Source: Nemertoderma westbladi (Eukaryota; Animalia; Xenacoelomorpha). From it: a stretch of 64,000 nucleotides of DNA. The notes under the pieces were generated by a model. It searched no databases and was not told the DNA's origin. It saw only the letters and a program-made list of their open reading frames with translations. Shown piece after piece: positions 23,703 to 35,569 of the stretch (within the stretch, counting starts at the first letter, position 1; every line of letters begins with the position of its first letter). The position numbers and the translations under genes are program-made. The stretch covers positions 18,096 to 82,095 of the forward strand of contig JAUCBJ010000090.1 in the NCBI GenBank assembly GCA_032718475.1, written 5' to 3'.

Positions 23703-26700
23703 ATGAATGACTCGATGTTCTCGAAACAAAGTCTCGCCAAGTTAGACGGATTAGAGAGCAACTCCAGGAGCAAGACGCCCACTCAGAAACCGAGATTCCG
23801 TCTCCTTCCGGTGAGTACAATGGCCATCACCATGGCTGAGGATTCCGACGACGAAGACTACGAGGAACCGACATCAGCCGAGGAATGGGCGTGTTATCTT
23901 GCGAATTGGGCACCCGAAAGGGAAGGCATCACAAACTCCCTTCTCTGTCTCTTCTGTGGAGAGAAACATAAAGTGGAATTCTGCAGGAAGTTCCAGTTTG
24001 CCGAACTCGTCCCACGCTTCGAGGCGATCATGAAACACCGAGGATGCTTCCGGTGTCTTGGAACAGGTCACTATGTTCGGGATTGCGACCAAAGATCGTG
24101 CTGTACGGTTTGTAATGACCTATGTCATCACACACTCCTCCACATCCCCGCGAACTTTGACTTCACCACCCTCCCATTTCGGATTGAAGCCAAACGAAGA
24201 GGAGAAACGAACCACGTTTCTAAAGGAACCCGGACGACCCAACGGAGAGAAACCAACCCGTTTAAAACCTCCACCGATGCATCACAAGTGACAAATATCT
24301 CAGCCACGATCAACCTTATAAATCGCCGTTACATGGTCTTCACCAAAGTAATCCCAGTTAGAATTCAAGGGGTCGGGAAATCATTGACAACGCTCGCATT
24401 CCTTGATAACGGGTCGGACGGAACCATCATCGACCGAGATTTCCTCGAGCAACTCGGCCTAGATTATGAACCTTGCAAACGGCCCATACAAACGATCACC
24501 GACCACAGAGAAGTAGAATCCGGGGAGGTGCAGCTCCAGATGGAAGGAGTAATGAAGGGCTACGAGACGGTTAAGCTGACAATCAAGAACGCCTTGGTAC
24601 ACACCGATCTCCGAGTGCGGTTCCGACAATCAGCCGAATACGCCCCTCTCATACAGTTAGACCGGGAAGATGTAGACCTAAGGTGCCTGCCGTTGGACGT
24701 AAACCGCATCACCCTATTGATCGGACTTGACACACCGGAATTACACATACCCTCCGGAGACGTCGCCCGATCTATAAAGCAGGATGACGGCTTTTACGCT
24801 GAACGAACAATAATGGGATGGACACTCTGCGGCATCAAGGAAGAGACTACAGACACCTATACATACCTTCCTAAATGTCAGATTAAAGAGAATGCAACCT
24901 CCGTGGGTTATTGTTCAGCTACAGACATTGACGAGGATTTGTTTCTTGAGACCGAGAAAACCCAGCAAGAGATGACTAAATACTTTAATCTAGAGACTCA
25001 AGAGTTCGCTGAAAAGGACGAAAACCCGTCCGAGGAGGATCAATATTGTATTGACGTCCTTGACCAGGCCACGTTCAAAGACGGACACTGGTGTTCACCC
25101 ATGCTATGGAAGGACCCAAATAAACCAATGGCGAATAACGCCAACATGGCCCTTAGGCGACATGAAGGGATCATACGCCGGCTGAATGACCAACCCGAGA
25201 TAAAGGAGAAATATAATAATGTAATCAAAGGATATCTTGAAGATGGATTAGCAGAAATGGTACCCCGGAATGAACTGCAAGGGGGTAAAAGAACATATTA
25301 TCTCCCAACCCACTATGTGGTAGAAGCCCGGAAGGGTGGTAAAATCCGAGTAGTCAATGATGCCGCCGCTATGTATCAAGGCAAATCCCTGAACAGCCAG
25401 CTTTACACGGGGCCCAACATATACAGTACACTCATTGGCATGTTGATCAGGTTCAGGGAAAACCAGATAGCATTCACCTGCGACATTAAAGCGATGTTTC
25501 ACCAGGTCCGTACGCTACCAAGAGACTCAGACTGTCTGCGTATATTATGGACGGATAAAAGGAGATTAGTCAACTTACATTGAAGGATGTAGACGTAATG
25601 CGCATGATCGTCAGGATCTTCGGCGCTATGGACTCGCCGGTAGCATGTAGTGACATGTTGAAGAAAACGGCAACTATGTGCGAAAACGAGTTCCCTCCAA
25701 CCGTCATAGAAACCATCCGATGATGCTTCTACGTGGACGACGGATGCGCTGGCGCAGATAATGTTGACGAGGCATATCAGCTAGCAATGGGGATGGTGGA
25801 ATGTCTAAGGAAAGGAAGTTTTCCTCTCGTGAAGTTCAGATCCCACGACAAAAAACTTATGGAAAGGTTTCTGGAAGAAATCCGACTGGACAATAATAAA
25901 ATGTATTCCGAGGATGTGGAACACCGTGTACTTGGCATTGAATCAGATGAATTCATTTTCAAATATAACCCCCTACCCAAGCCTATGACGAAAAGGGGAT
26001 GTTTGTCAATAAAAAGCGCAATATTCGACCCACTAAACTTCATATCTCCGGTAACCTTGGCCGGAATGAATCTAATTAAGGAAATGTGGATAGAAGGACT
26101 GGGATGGGATGAAGAACACCCCCCACACATCAGTGTCAAATGGAGAAAGTGGACGGAACAGCTCGAACACCTACATCTTATGCGGATCCCTCGACCGTTC
26201 TTCCTCGATAAACTACCCACCGATATCTTCCAGCTCCATACTTTCTCGGATGCTTCGAATACCAGAATCGGCGTAGTCACTTTCTTAAGAAGACTAAGTA
26301 ACGATGGAAACGGCGATACGAGCTTCTTATTTTCTAAAGCTAAGACGGTATCCGGGGAATTCGTAGCAACGATTCCGAGACTTGAGCTACAGGCCGCGGT
26401 TTGGGCAGTGAGACAGAACCGCAGGGTCATGCAGAACATACGAATCCCCATCGAATCTCAACACTTCTGGGTCGATTCGAGTATCGTTCTCTACTATCTC
26501 CACTCTCCATCACGGCGTCACACCACGTTTGTAGCAAACTGAGCCACGGAGATAAAACAGTGGTGTACCGGCCGAGAACAGTGGCACCATGTGAACGGGA
26601 AAGAAAATCCAGCGGACTTATCAAGCCGAGGCGCCACCCCAAAACAACTCAGCAAAAGTAAACTCTGGCTTACAGGCCCGGAATTCCTACAGCAGCCACA

Positions 26701-28428
26701 ATTAACATGGAGTACCCGATTCGATCCCAAACTCGATAGTGGAAAATACTCCGAGGACGACAAGGAGATCCGTAAAGTCCATAGAAGCAACGCAGTGGAA
26801 ATCTATAGTTGTCTGACCGAGCCTGCAAAGGACTCGGGCAGGCACTATAACGTTGCGACGATCACTCAACCAGCGGCGTCTTTACACCTGTTGATCGAGC
26901 AAACTTCATCAATGAGACGGCTCATCCACCACGTTATAACCCTTCGCAACTTCTTACGGTGGAAAGACAACAAACCGATAGTTAAACGGAGTATACAAGA
27001 ACTCATTATCGCGGAGAAGTGTATTGTTGGATATGTCCAGAGAGAAAGTTTCCCCGATGAGTGGGAACAACTTAGTGCGGGCAAGACCCTGAAACCGGAC
27101 AGCCCAGTCTACCAATTGAGACCAATGATGGGAGAGGACGGACTGATTCGACAGAATACCCGGATGGCAAACGCCCCGGTTGAATACGAGGTTAAATACC
27201 CAGCGCTTCTGCCCGGAACGTCGACACTAGCCAAGCTATTAATTCAACAGTGTCACGAGGAAAACCACCATGCGGGACAGAACTGGATTATAGCTAATAT
27301 AAGACAAAGATATTGGATCACCCACATCCAGCCACTGATCCGGAAAGTGTTAAAACGTTGCTTTCCCTGCAGAAGATATCTAGCGCCACCACTCACACAA
27401 AAGATGGCCGACTTACCAGCCACACGTCTACAGTCCGATTCCCCACCGTTCTATGTAACCGGAATAGACTGTTTCGGACCATTTACGGTCATCGAGCGAC
27501 GATCCAACATCAAATGCTGGGGAGCCATATTTACCTGCCTTAGGTCTAGGGCAATCTACCTAGACATCGTGGTGAACCTTACGCAACACACATTCATCAA
27601 CGCCCTGCGTCGGTTCGTGGCGAACAATGGGACATGCCGTCATATGTACTCCGATAATGGTACAAACTTTGTGGGAGGAGAAAGAGAACTTAGAGAGGCG
27701 ATCGAGGGATGGTTTACCGAGGACACCGCATCCCAAGTCTGGAGGGACCACCATATACAGTGGCACTTCCAAACACCCTTAGCACCCCATACGAGCGGGG
27801 TATGGGAGAAGCTAATCGACTTAGTAAAACGGTCCATGCGCGTCGCATTAGGAGACACCCAGGTAACCCATTCCGGGTAATCCGCACAACGTTCTGCGAG
27901 ATCACGGCTACCCTGAACAACCGGCCCATTGTCCCTATCCGCGACGACCCCATGGATTTGGAGCCCCTCACTCCTAACCACCTACTGGGAAGACCCAAAA
28001 CCCATATTCTCCCAGAGACGATGTTTCCGGATCCCAACGATATCGCGAGACATACAAATTGGAAGAAGGCCCAAGCATTGGCAGCGCATTGGTGGAGAAT
28101 CTGGGCCCAGGAGTACCTCATAACCCTCCGGACCAGGAGGAAGTGGAACAACACCTACAGGAATGTCGCCGTTGGCGACATGGTGCTGGTGAAAGAAGAT
28201 CTCAAAGACCGCGTCCACTGGCCTGTGGCGCGAGTCGCGGCAATACACCCGAGCAAAGACGGATTTGCGAGGACTGTGACGATACGAACGGCAAAGGGCC
28301 ACTGCCAACGCCCTATCCAGAGGCTGTGCCTTCTTGAAGGCAATGACAGCGGTGACTCTATGAGAGGTGATAAGTTCCCTACTCAGGATCCTGCTGCAGA
28401 CATTGGTGACAATTATAAACCCGTTTAA
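23703..28428 (+). pseudogene. BEL/Pao gag zinc knuckles plus pol (protease, RT, RNase H, integrase), disrupted
   Basis: CLFC..H...C, CFRC...H...C; LDNGS protease; DIKAMFHQV, YVDD; FSDAS, TIPRLEL, WVDS; HHCC, GIDCFGP, SDNGTNF, GVWE; several stops and frameshifts. Confidence 0.95.
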
Positions 28429-28689
28429 ACCCTTCTCATCCTGTTGACAAACTCCTGATGAAAATGGACCCCCCTTAAACCAACTGTAACCACGCAATGG
28501 TATTTGTGTTTCCTTGTGTGCTATGTGGAGTCCAGCGTCACCCTGCAGATGTTTCGACTGACGCAGGGTCGTTTATGTATTGTTTACCCTGATTTTGGTC
28601 ATCGGGACCAACGATATTGGATTATTGGAAATGGTAAAGATTTGAAGTGGAATTCATTGTATCCATTGTAGTATGTTATGTTGTCAGTT

Positions 28690-29105
28690 GCGTGCGCAGT
28701 TCGGGGCGTAGGCGGTGTAACTAGTCCAGCTGTAGATCCCGGATTGCCGCGCAACACCCCCTCTATCCCGTTATTCTGGTGGATCCATGGTGCATCCACA
28801 TGACTTCGACGATAGAGGGTTTTATGTTTCTCAGTCGCGTTATTCTGGTTGGACCGTTGCGTGGATTTTGGGGCATAGGCGGTGTAACTAGTCCAGCTGT
28901 AGATCCCAGAATGTTGCGTAACCCTATCCCACATGACTTCGTCGATTGAGCTTTATGTTGTTGGGAGTGTTATTCTGGTGGGTCCCTGGTGCATTCCACG
29001 TGACTTCACTTCCAGCGTCTTCATTGTCCGTTACGTGTGCAGTTTGGGGCGTAGGCGGTGTAACTAGCCCAGCTGTAGATCCCAGATTGTCGCGTAACAC
29101 CACTT
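28690..29105 (+). repeat. Three diverged ~170-bp repeats between integrase and the accessory ORF
   Basis: Core GGCGTAGGCGGTGTAACTAGTCCAGCTGTAGATCCC at about 28706, 28872 and 29048. Confidence 0.8.
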
Positions 29106-29663
29106 CCACAACGAAAATTTCCCAAAGAAGATGATTGAATGTAGTTGGAAAAGATGAAAAGAAACAGACGACATTACTATAAACTGAATGTGACGCGTAT
29201 GATGATGAAAATGAAATGATGCGCACCCTGGTGCTGCGCTTATAACAAATGATGATAGCCTGGGGGCTATAACCCCAATGATGATATGGAAATAAATGAA
29301 ATGTGTAATAAATGATGAAATGGTGGAACTAAATGATGAAATGTGTTGAAATAAATGAAATGTACAATGAATAATAATGAGAAATGAAAAAAGAATGTAT
29401 AAAAAAAAATGTATAAAATATAAAAGAAAAGAATTGGAAAAAAGAAGAGGACATAAAAAGTCAAAACTGGTTGGATATTAATGTATAGCTATAGTAACTG
29501 TAAATGCTGAATGTATTAGCAATAAGATGGTAGATGCCTATTTAGCAATGTTATTTAATAAACTGAATTAAAAATAAACTGAATTATTCTGCAATCACTA
29601 TAGTATCAGACTTTCTGGATTTATAATTAACTGATATAAATTTGCAACGGACATAATTTAAAT

Positions 29664-31484
29664 ATGGACCCAAATCGCCAAATTATCGGCGAATTACGTC
29701 ATACGATAGATCTACTGGAATATCCACAACCTGGATCCCTTAACTTTGATACAAATTGGAGCACCCTGATAAATGAGAATGTGCGAGTCGTCAAATTCTC
29801 CGGGCGAGAGGGACAGGATTCCCGGAATCTACAAGCCCTCCGGTTAGCCGATGCTAGTACGAGCCTGAAAAGAACTCGGAACGCAAAGGCTACCGGAGGG
29901 GATGCATTGTCGTACTGGGATACGTTCCGGCAAAGCGTCTACAAATCCCGATGTTTGATATACGACAACGAGGGAAACGCGACGCCCACCTCGAAAGCGA
30001 TGACGTTGGCGCGATGTCAAAGTTTCATTGATGACAAGAGTATGTACCTCGCCCACTGGGGAAACCTAGCGGAGTGTACGGCGACGCTACGAGAGGAACG
30101 TATATTGGTTATCCAGAATCGCGACGACTACCAGGAGAAGTACGGGACGAAAGAATACGGTCGATCCTTGGTCGTCGTCCTCGGAACCCTGGATGGTTTG
30201 GTATTGGTGTGTCGAATATTTCCGACACCCAGACAGGAGGTACGGACAGCCGGAGCTATCTGGCTACTACCTCCGGAGATCCGAAAGATCCTCTTCGACT
30301 TCGACGTCATTAAAATCGGGTCGGATATAAAGGCGGACGTCCGAAACGACTACGCGAATGCTCCTTTCGGAAGAGACCGTAGAGATGATCTCAACGCCAT
30401 TAGCCATTGCGTCGACACCCAGACTCTATTAGCCTGGCTACGATCCGCCGAATTCATGCGAGGATTCCGGGAGGTGAGACAGACGAAATCCGGTATCGGC
30501 TACCTTGCAGTGCTAAACGGCGGCGTCGATTTTAAACCTCAGAAATTCCAGGACTATAATAAGATATATGGTGGATACACGGGATTGGAAATAAAGAGCG
30601 AGCGAGAGGGTCGATGGAAGGACGTTGACAGGAAGTGGACGATACATCAAAGGTGGGAAAATCCGGACCGACGGAACTACATCTACGTCATTATGGAGTC
30701 CTACACCGTCGCTAAGTTCATATGTAAAACTCTCGATAACCTCATTACGGTGGTTCCTCGTTCCTTTATCGACTACGACTGGAATGAAGTTATCAGCCAC
30801 GCCTACAAAGCGGTCGAGAATACTACACCGGGAGAGACAAAAACGCTCACCGTTATCGACTCCTGGGATGAGAACGGACCTTTCGACATCCCTACGATTA
30901 CCGATCTCCTCGGTGCGGAGGAGCCTCTGATTTCCTTGGAAGGGGAAGAACTATGGCTACAGGAAGGCGTTCTACTGTCCACCCCAAATCGACCACTCGA
31001 GCCAGAAGCCGCGTACGAACTGGCCGCCAAACGGGTTGCCTCGGCCGAACCTGCGACGGAAGCAGGTGCTTCCACCCCACTCGGCTCCGGTAGCCCTGCG
31101 AGGGAGTTAGTTACTACCTCCACGTTGAGCGACTTCGGCGACATATGCCAGAGGTTATCCCCATATCCTTTCCCGGGTGGCGAAGACTGGTCTTCGGAGA
31201 TTCCGAGTACCAGCACTCAACGGACCCGCTCAGCGATACTGGTCGAGAAGGGTCCCAGCGCTGCGCCGACTCCCAAAGATCTCCTCGGAATCCCTCCGTC
31301 GAAAACCCCGGCACCTCTTCACCGACCAGCGGTGACAACTACCCCCTCCGTTCCACAGGATACTATGCGACTAACCCGATGGTACGCCGAGCAAACCGAA
31401 TGGATCCACCGCCAGAAACGGTCGTCCGTGATGAGGCCGGTGGGACATAAAGAAGGTTATCGGAGCGAGAACCTACTACGCTAA
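29664..31484 (+). CDS. Accessory ORF: DnaQ-fold DEDDy (WRN/EXD-like) 3'-5' exonuclease domain plus Pro/Ser/Thr-rich linker
   Basis: ExoI LIYDNEG; ExoII LPPEIRKILFDFDVIKIGSDIKAD; VDTQ; SGIGYLA; ExoIII-like W...YVIMESY. Confidence 0.75.
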   Translation: MDPNRQIIGELRHTIDLLEYPQPGSLNFDTNWSTLINENVRVVKFSGREGQDSRNLQALRLADASTSLKRTRNAKATGGDALSYWDTFRQSVYKSRCLIYDNEGNATPTSKAMTLARCQSFIDDKSMYLAHWGNLAECTATLREERILVIQNRDDYQEKYGTKEYGRSLVVVLGTLDGLVLVCRIFPTPRQEVRTAGAIWLLPPEIRKILFDFDVIKIGSDIKADVRNDYANAPFGRDRRDDLNAISHCVDTQTLLAWLRSAEFMRGFREVRQTKSGIGYLAVLNGGVDFKPQKFQDYNKIYGGYTGLEIKSEREGRWKDVDRKWTIHQRWENPDRRNYIYVIMESYTVAKFICKTLDNLITVVPRSFIDYDWNEVISHAYKAVENTTPGETKTLTVIDSWDENGPFDIPTITDLLGAEEPLISLEGEELWLQEGVLLSTPNRPLEPEAAYELAAKRVASAEPATEAGASTPLGSGSPARELVTTSTLSDFGDICQRLSPYPFPGGEDWSSEIPSTSTQRTRSAILVEKGPSAAPTPKDLLGIPPSKTPAPLHRPAVTTTPSVPQDTMRLTRWYAEQTEWIHRQKRSSVMRPVGHKEGYRSENLLR

Positions 31485-32167
31485 AGCCCAGCCTTTTGCG
31501 GGCTACCAGCCACAGCGAATATTCAAAAGAGCGACCGACGACTCGAGTATTACGTCGGCGTCCCGATCCCGATCTTCTTCGGTCGGGAGATGCAGTTAGA
31601 GATATGCGCAGACTGCGGTTCGGAGCAGTGCCCACGCGGCAGACGAAATCGAGTAACCGACTCGTGCCTAAAAGCTCCTCGGGATTCTGTATTGTCCATA
31701 CTGCGCGACATCGGGACACGACGTCTCAGTTCCGTTGACGGAACTGAGGTTTCCGTGGACATTCCGCTAGCCCCCGCTGCAATATAAAATGTCCCACAAA
31801 GGACGTTACCACTATGGGAAATCTGGTTATGTTCGAAACTTACGCAAATAGCCACATAAAGACCAAGGTACGGAGAAACGCTCGGAATATTGTGCAGGAA
31901 ATGGCGTGTGGTTATTTTTCCTTCCCAGAACGCCTCCATACTACAGCGTCGCTACCTTTCCATTACGTGGATCTGTTGCTAAGCGCCGGATTGTTCGGCC
32001 CATTCGAGATCCTTCGACGCTTATATTCGTATAAAGAAGAGTTTGGTGACGGAAAGTGGTTCCTAGAGGCACGCAACACCGAGTTGGAAAGACGAACCGA
32101 TATGATCCCGTTGCCATCGAAAGGAAGAGCCGCCAGGAGACAAGCCGAAACGTTCAACTTTTCCTAA
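31485..32167 (+). pseudogene. Probable frameshifted C-terminal continuation of the accessory ORF with Cys/His motifs
   Basis: CADCGSEQC in frame after the stop; CPYCATSGH and RGH...C...C in other frames; ORF 31814-32167 ends inside the LTR. Confidence 0.45.
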
Positions 32168-33424
32168 CGCGAGTTGAATATTTTTTGGATTTATTTAAAA
32201 TGATTATTCCGATATTACTACTGGGTGCGGGAACATGGGTTTTGGGCACACTCGATGGACTGGGGGCGATTTATGGGCGAATATTGGGGTGACTTATGGG
32301 GTACGGGACTCATGTCATGTATATAAGGGCCAGGGGGGGAAGACAAAGTTAAGCAGTATTCAGGTTTACCTGATTACTATTAGGCCTAGCCAACTTCCTG
32401 CTGCCTGTAGAGGTGGATTTGGTAACTCGCTAGGTCTAAAGGACAAGGACTGCCCTTAGCGGTCCCTGGCCAACAGCAGTTATTACGAGCCTGAAAAGGA
32501 CATCGGAAAGTCTGCTGCTTGTGTCAGGGATTTGCGACGGGAAACGATGACAGACCCCGTAGCCAAGCCGTACTGGTTCTCGATGATCGTTCCCTTCAGG
32601 GTTCGTGAGGGGTGGGACGGACACACGAAAGGGTCGACCGACTAACAGAGGAAGGGTTTGATGAGGACTGCCCTTAGCGGTCTCTGGTCAACTGAAATTA
32701 TTACGAGCCTGAAAAGGACATCGGAAAGTCTGCTGCTTGTGCCAGGGATTTGCGACAGGAACCGACGACAGACCCCTTAGCCAAGCCGTACTGGTTCTCG
32801 ATGATCGAACCCTTCGGGGTTCGGGAGGGGTGGGACGGACACGCGAACGGGTCCACCGACATGACAGACTCCTAGCCAAGCCGTACTGGTTCTCGATGAC
32901 CGATCCCTTCGGGGTTCGAGAGGGGTGGTACGGATACGCGACAGAGTCTACCGACTGGACCGACCCTTAGCCAAGCCGTACTGGTTCTCGATGATCGATC
33001 CCTTCGGGGTTCGGGAGGGGTGGTACGGACACGCAACAGGGTCGACCGACACCGACACTACGGCACCAAGACTAGGACCGAGGGAAAATCTGGGGAACAT
33101 TAGTTAGGCTAAAATCTGAGCGAACAGTGGGTAATTAAATAATATACTGTAGGGATTTATATTGTCATGTATTATTATTGTGAATATTTGGTGTATATTG
33201 ATTTGGGGAAGCCCAACTTATTCTCAATCAAGGTTCAACTGTAGGGAAGTTACATTAAAGAGTATATCCAACCAATGCAGCTTTTTCTCAACCGCAATCT
33301 TGCATTTAAGAACGTATTCCTTCTCCACAATCAATATCCGGTGACTGGCCAGGATTCCATGGTCTGTAAAGTTCCGCCTCCAGCATCGGCGTTTTCCCCC
33401 ATGGTGTCGGGAATAACGGCAACA
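32153..33424 (+). repeat. 3' LTR (lacking the first ~12 bp) of the exonuclease-bearing element
   Basis: Direct repeat of 20592 onward; ends AACA followed by the TSD. Confidence 0.85.
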
Positions 33425-34280
33425 TTCAATACTTTGTGTTGTCCAGATAAGGAAATGCCACTGCCTGACTGCCTGACGGCTTATAGTCTACACTATAAAC
33501 AAACGTACCCGGAGTGTCCTATACATAGAGATTAATTATCGAAGCCTAAAGCTAACGGACCTATTAACCACGTTACAACACAAATATACTGCATACAAAC
33601 TAAATTAACTTTCAGTAAAGCGCTGTACTCTAAACCCTAGATTAGATACTAGCACTTATACAACATATAACTTAAAGTTAAATATATGTGAACAGCTAAA
33701 AGAACCACAGCATCTGCTGGAGTGAGCAGAGTATTTAGGCTTAATTATCCGATGCTAAAGAAATCACCAGTCTGTCCTATGCCAAGCAGTCCTGAAGTAG
33801 TACCCGGGTTAATTTAACTATTACGGTATGCATAACAAGCAGAATTACTGTAAGGAATAAACTTGGGGACATGAATGTTGCAAATTACTTGCATAAACTC
33901 TGAATAATAAATATTACGCTACCCGTACAGACTATTCAAATAAAACACAGACCAAAATGCTGACAGACCACCGCCAAGCCAAAAATAAACCACAGTATAT
34001 GCAGTCTCCAAAATGGTTAGTTAGTAAGCGATCTAGACTACATAGTACGACTTATTCTTTCGTGGGGGATTTACCTTACAACTTTGGAAGCCTCCACTGC
34101 CTAACTAGCACTTTATTGGAAAAATAACCTACACACACTGTAATCCACATCAGACCTAACAACAATCAGACAATAATTCAGCCTATAAGTTACTTTTACA
34201 ATCCGAGCAGGTTTACACACCTTCTGCTCAATACTACACTTACCGGTAAATAAAGCCATCAGAAATAAGTAAACCATACA
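33425..34280 (+). repeat. Non-coding interspersed repeat (target of the BEL insertion; continues from about 20450-20579)
   Basis: Diverged reverse-complement match to about 62700-63980. Confidence 0.75.
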
Positions 34281-35569
34281 AGGAGTAAGGGTGATCAATC
34301 CCTGATCCTCTAACAGCCTACAATATCCCGGTACAATATTTCACAATCGAAGTAATACTGCTATAAGGTACCGGTTTGGCACTACTAAGCCTACAGTTTA
34401 CCGTCAGACCCGTACGTTAGGGTTTATTGCCTACTGAGCAATAAATGAAAAAATCTAATAATGTTCTACCAGAACATTAGCAAAATCTATTAATGTTTGC
34501 GCTTTTAGACCTTTAACAGTTTAACCTGCTAATTTAAGTGTCTTATGAATCGACTATTGCCCGTACTAATTGACATCATCTGAAACCAGTCTAGCGCAGC
34601 GTATGACCCACGGGTGTGGGAGACTGGATTCGGTTCTAGAGAAGTATTGCAGTAGGCTACTTTGTATTATTCGATTGATCACTACTATATAATTTCCGAC
34701 AACTATATTTACTTTCGGGGAAATATTAACAGTTCCTTTGGGACGTGGCGCTTTAAGTATCAAGCTGAGTTATGACTAACACTAATTACAACTAGTGGCA
34801 ATAAGATAACGCAAATGGCACATTCTTTAGGAATGCTTTATTAACCTTCACACTAACTTTATACACTAATATTCACACTAATGCACACTGATTTGCCGAC
34901 TGTCACTGATTTTAATCATATATAAGGAGGATTGCAACTCACATACATTGGGATTATGAAATAGCATTTAATTCACACAAACCACTATAAATTGAGCCAC
35001 AATTGCTACTGATACACCCTTCTGCTTACCTCAGTAATTAAGAAAGTCAAGGGGGATTTTACGATTATTCATCAGTATTCTCCAAATATAACATCCATTA
35101 ATATAAACACCAATTAACAATAGTATAAAACAATGTATTAGAAAGCAGTGCGGTGAAATGAGTATGAATAGTTTAGTATGAGCATGAAATGAGTCGTTAA
35201 TAGATTCGTGTTCTTATGACTCTAGGTCACTGATGTTAGGGCAAAGTCTGAAATTAAGAATGTCAGTATGAATTCTGAATGAATGAATTCTCCGAATTTT
35301 GCCGCATTGCGTCATCTCTTATAGGCCACTGTAAACAGAAGAAGGGAGATCGCTCTGATTGGCTGAAATATATGTCAACAAAGCAGATTCCTCACACAAA
35401 GGAACAGCTGGTAGATTTTGTCATTCCAACTCTGAGTTTTTTTACAGACACGTAGTTGTACAATTATATGCCTTTTAGAGTATTTAGCGCATTGTGCAAA
35501 TGACTTATTTTGTCCGCAAAAGCTTTTACAAAGCGCTTGAACTATATGTACTAATGATAAACGTTCTAT

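Larger units (their letters stand above)
20580..33424 (+). mobile_element. BEL/Pao LTR retrotransposon with accessory DEDDy exonuclease ORF
   Basis: TGTT...AACA ends; TSD TTCAA (20575-20579, 33425-33429); flanks rejoin as in the uninterrupted repeat copy at about 63830-63980 (minus); gag-PR-RT-RH-IN order. Confidence 0.92.

Noticed and set aside
29664-31484. env gene, given its position after integrase
   Set aside because: No signal peptide, fusion peptide or TM anchor; exonuclease motifs instead
33093-33126. Alternative right ends GGGAACA or GCGAACA matching TGTTC(GC)
   Set aside because: No TSD there; 33424 gives TTCAA and restores the flanking repeat
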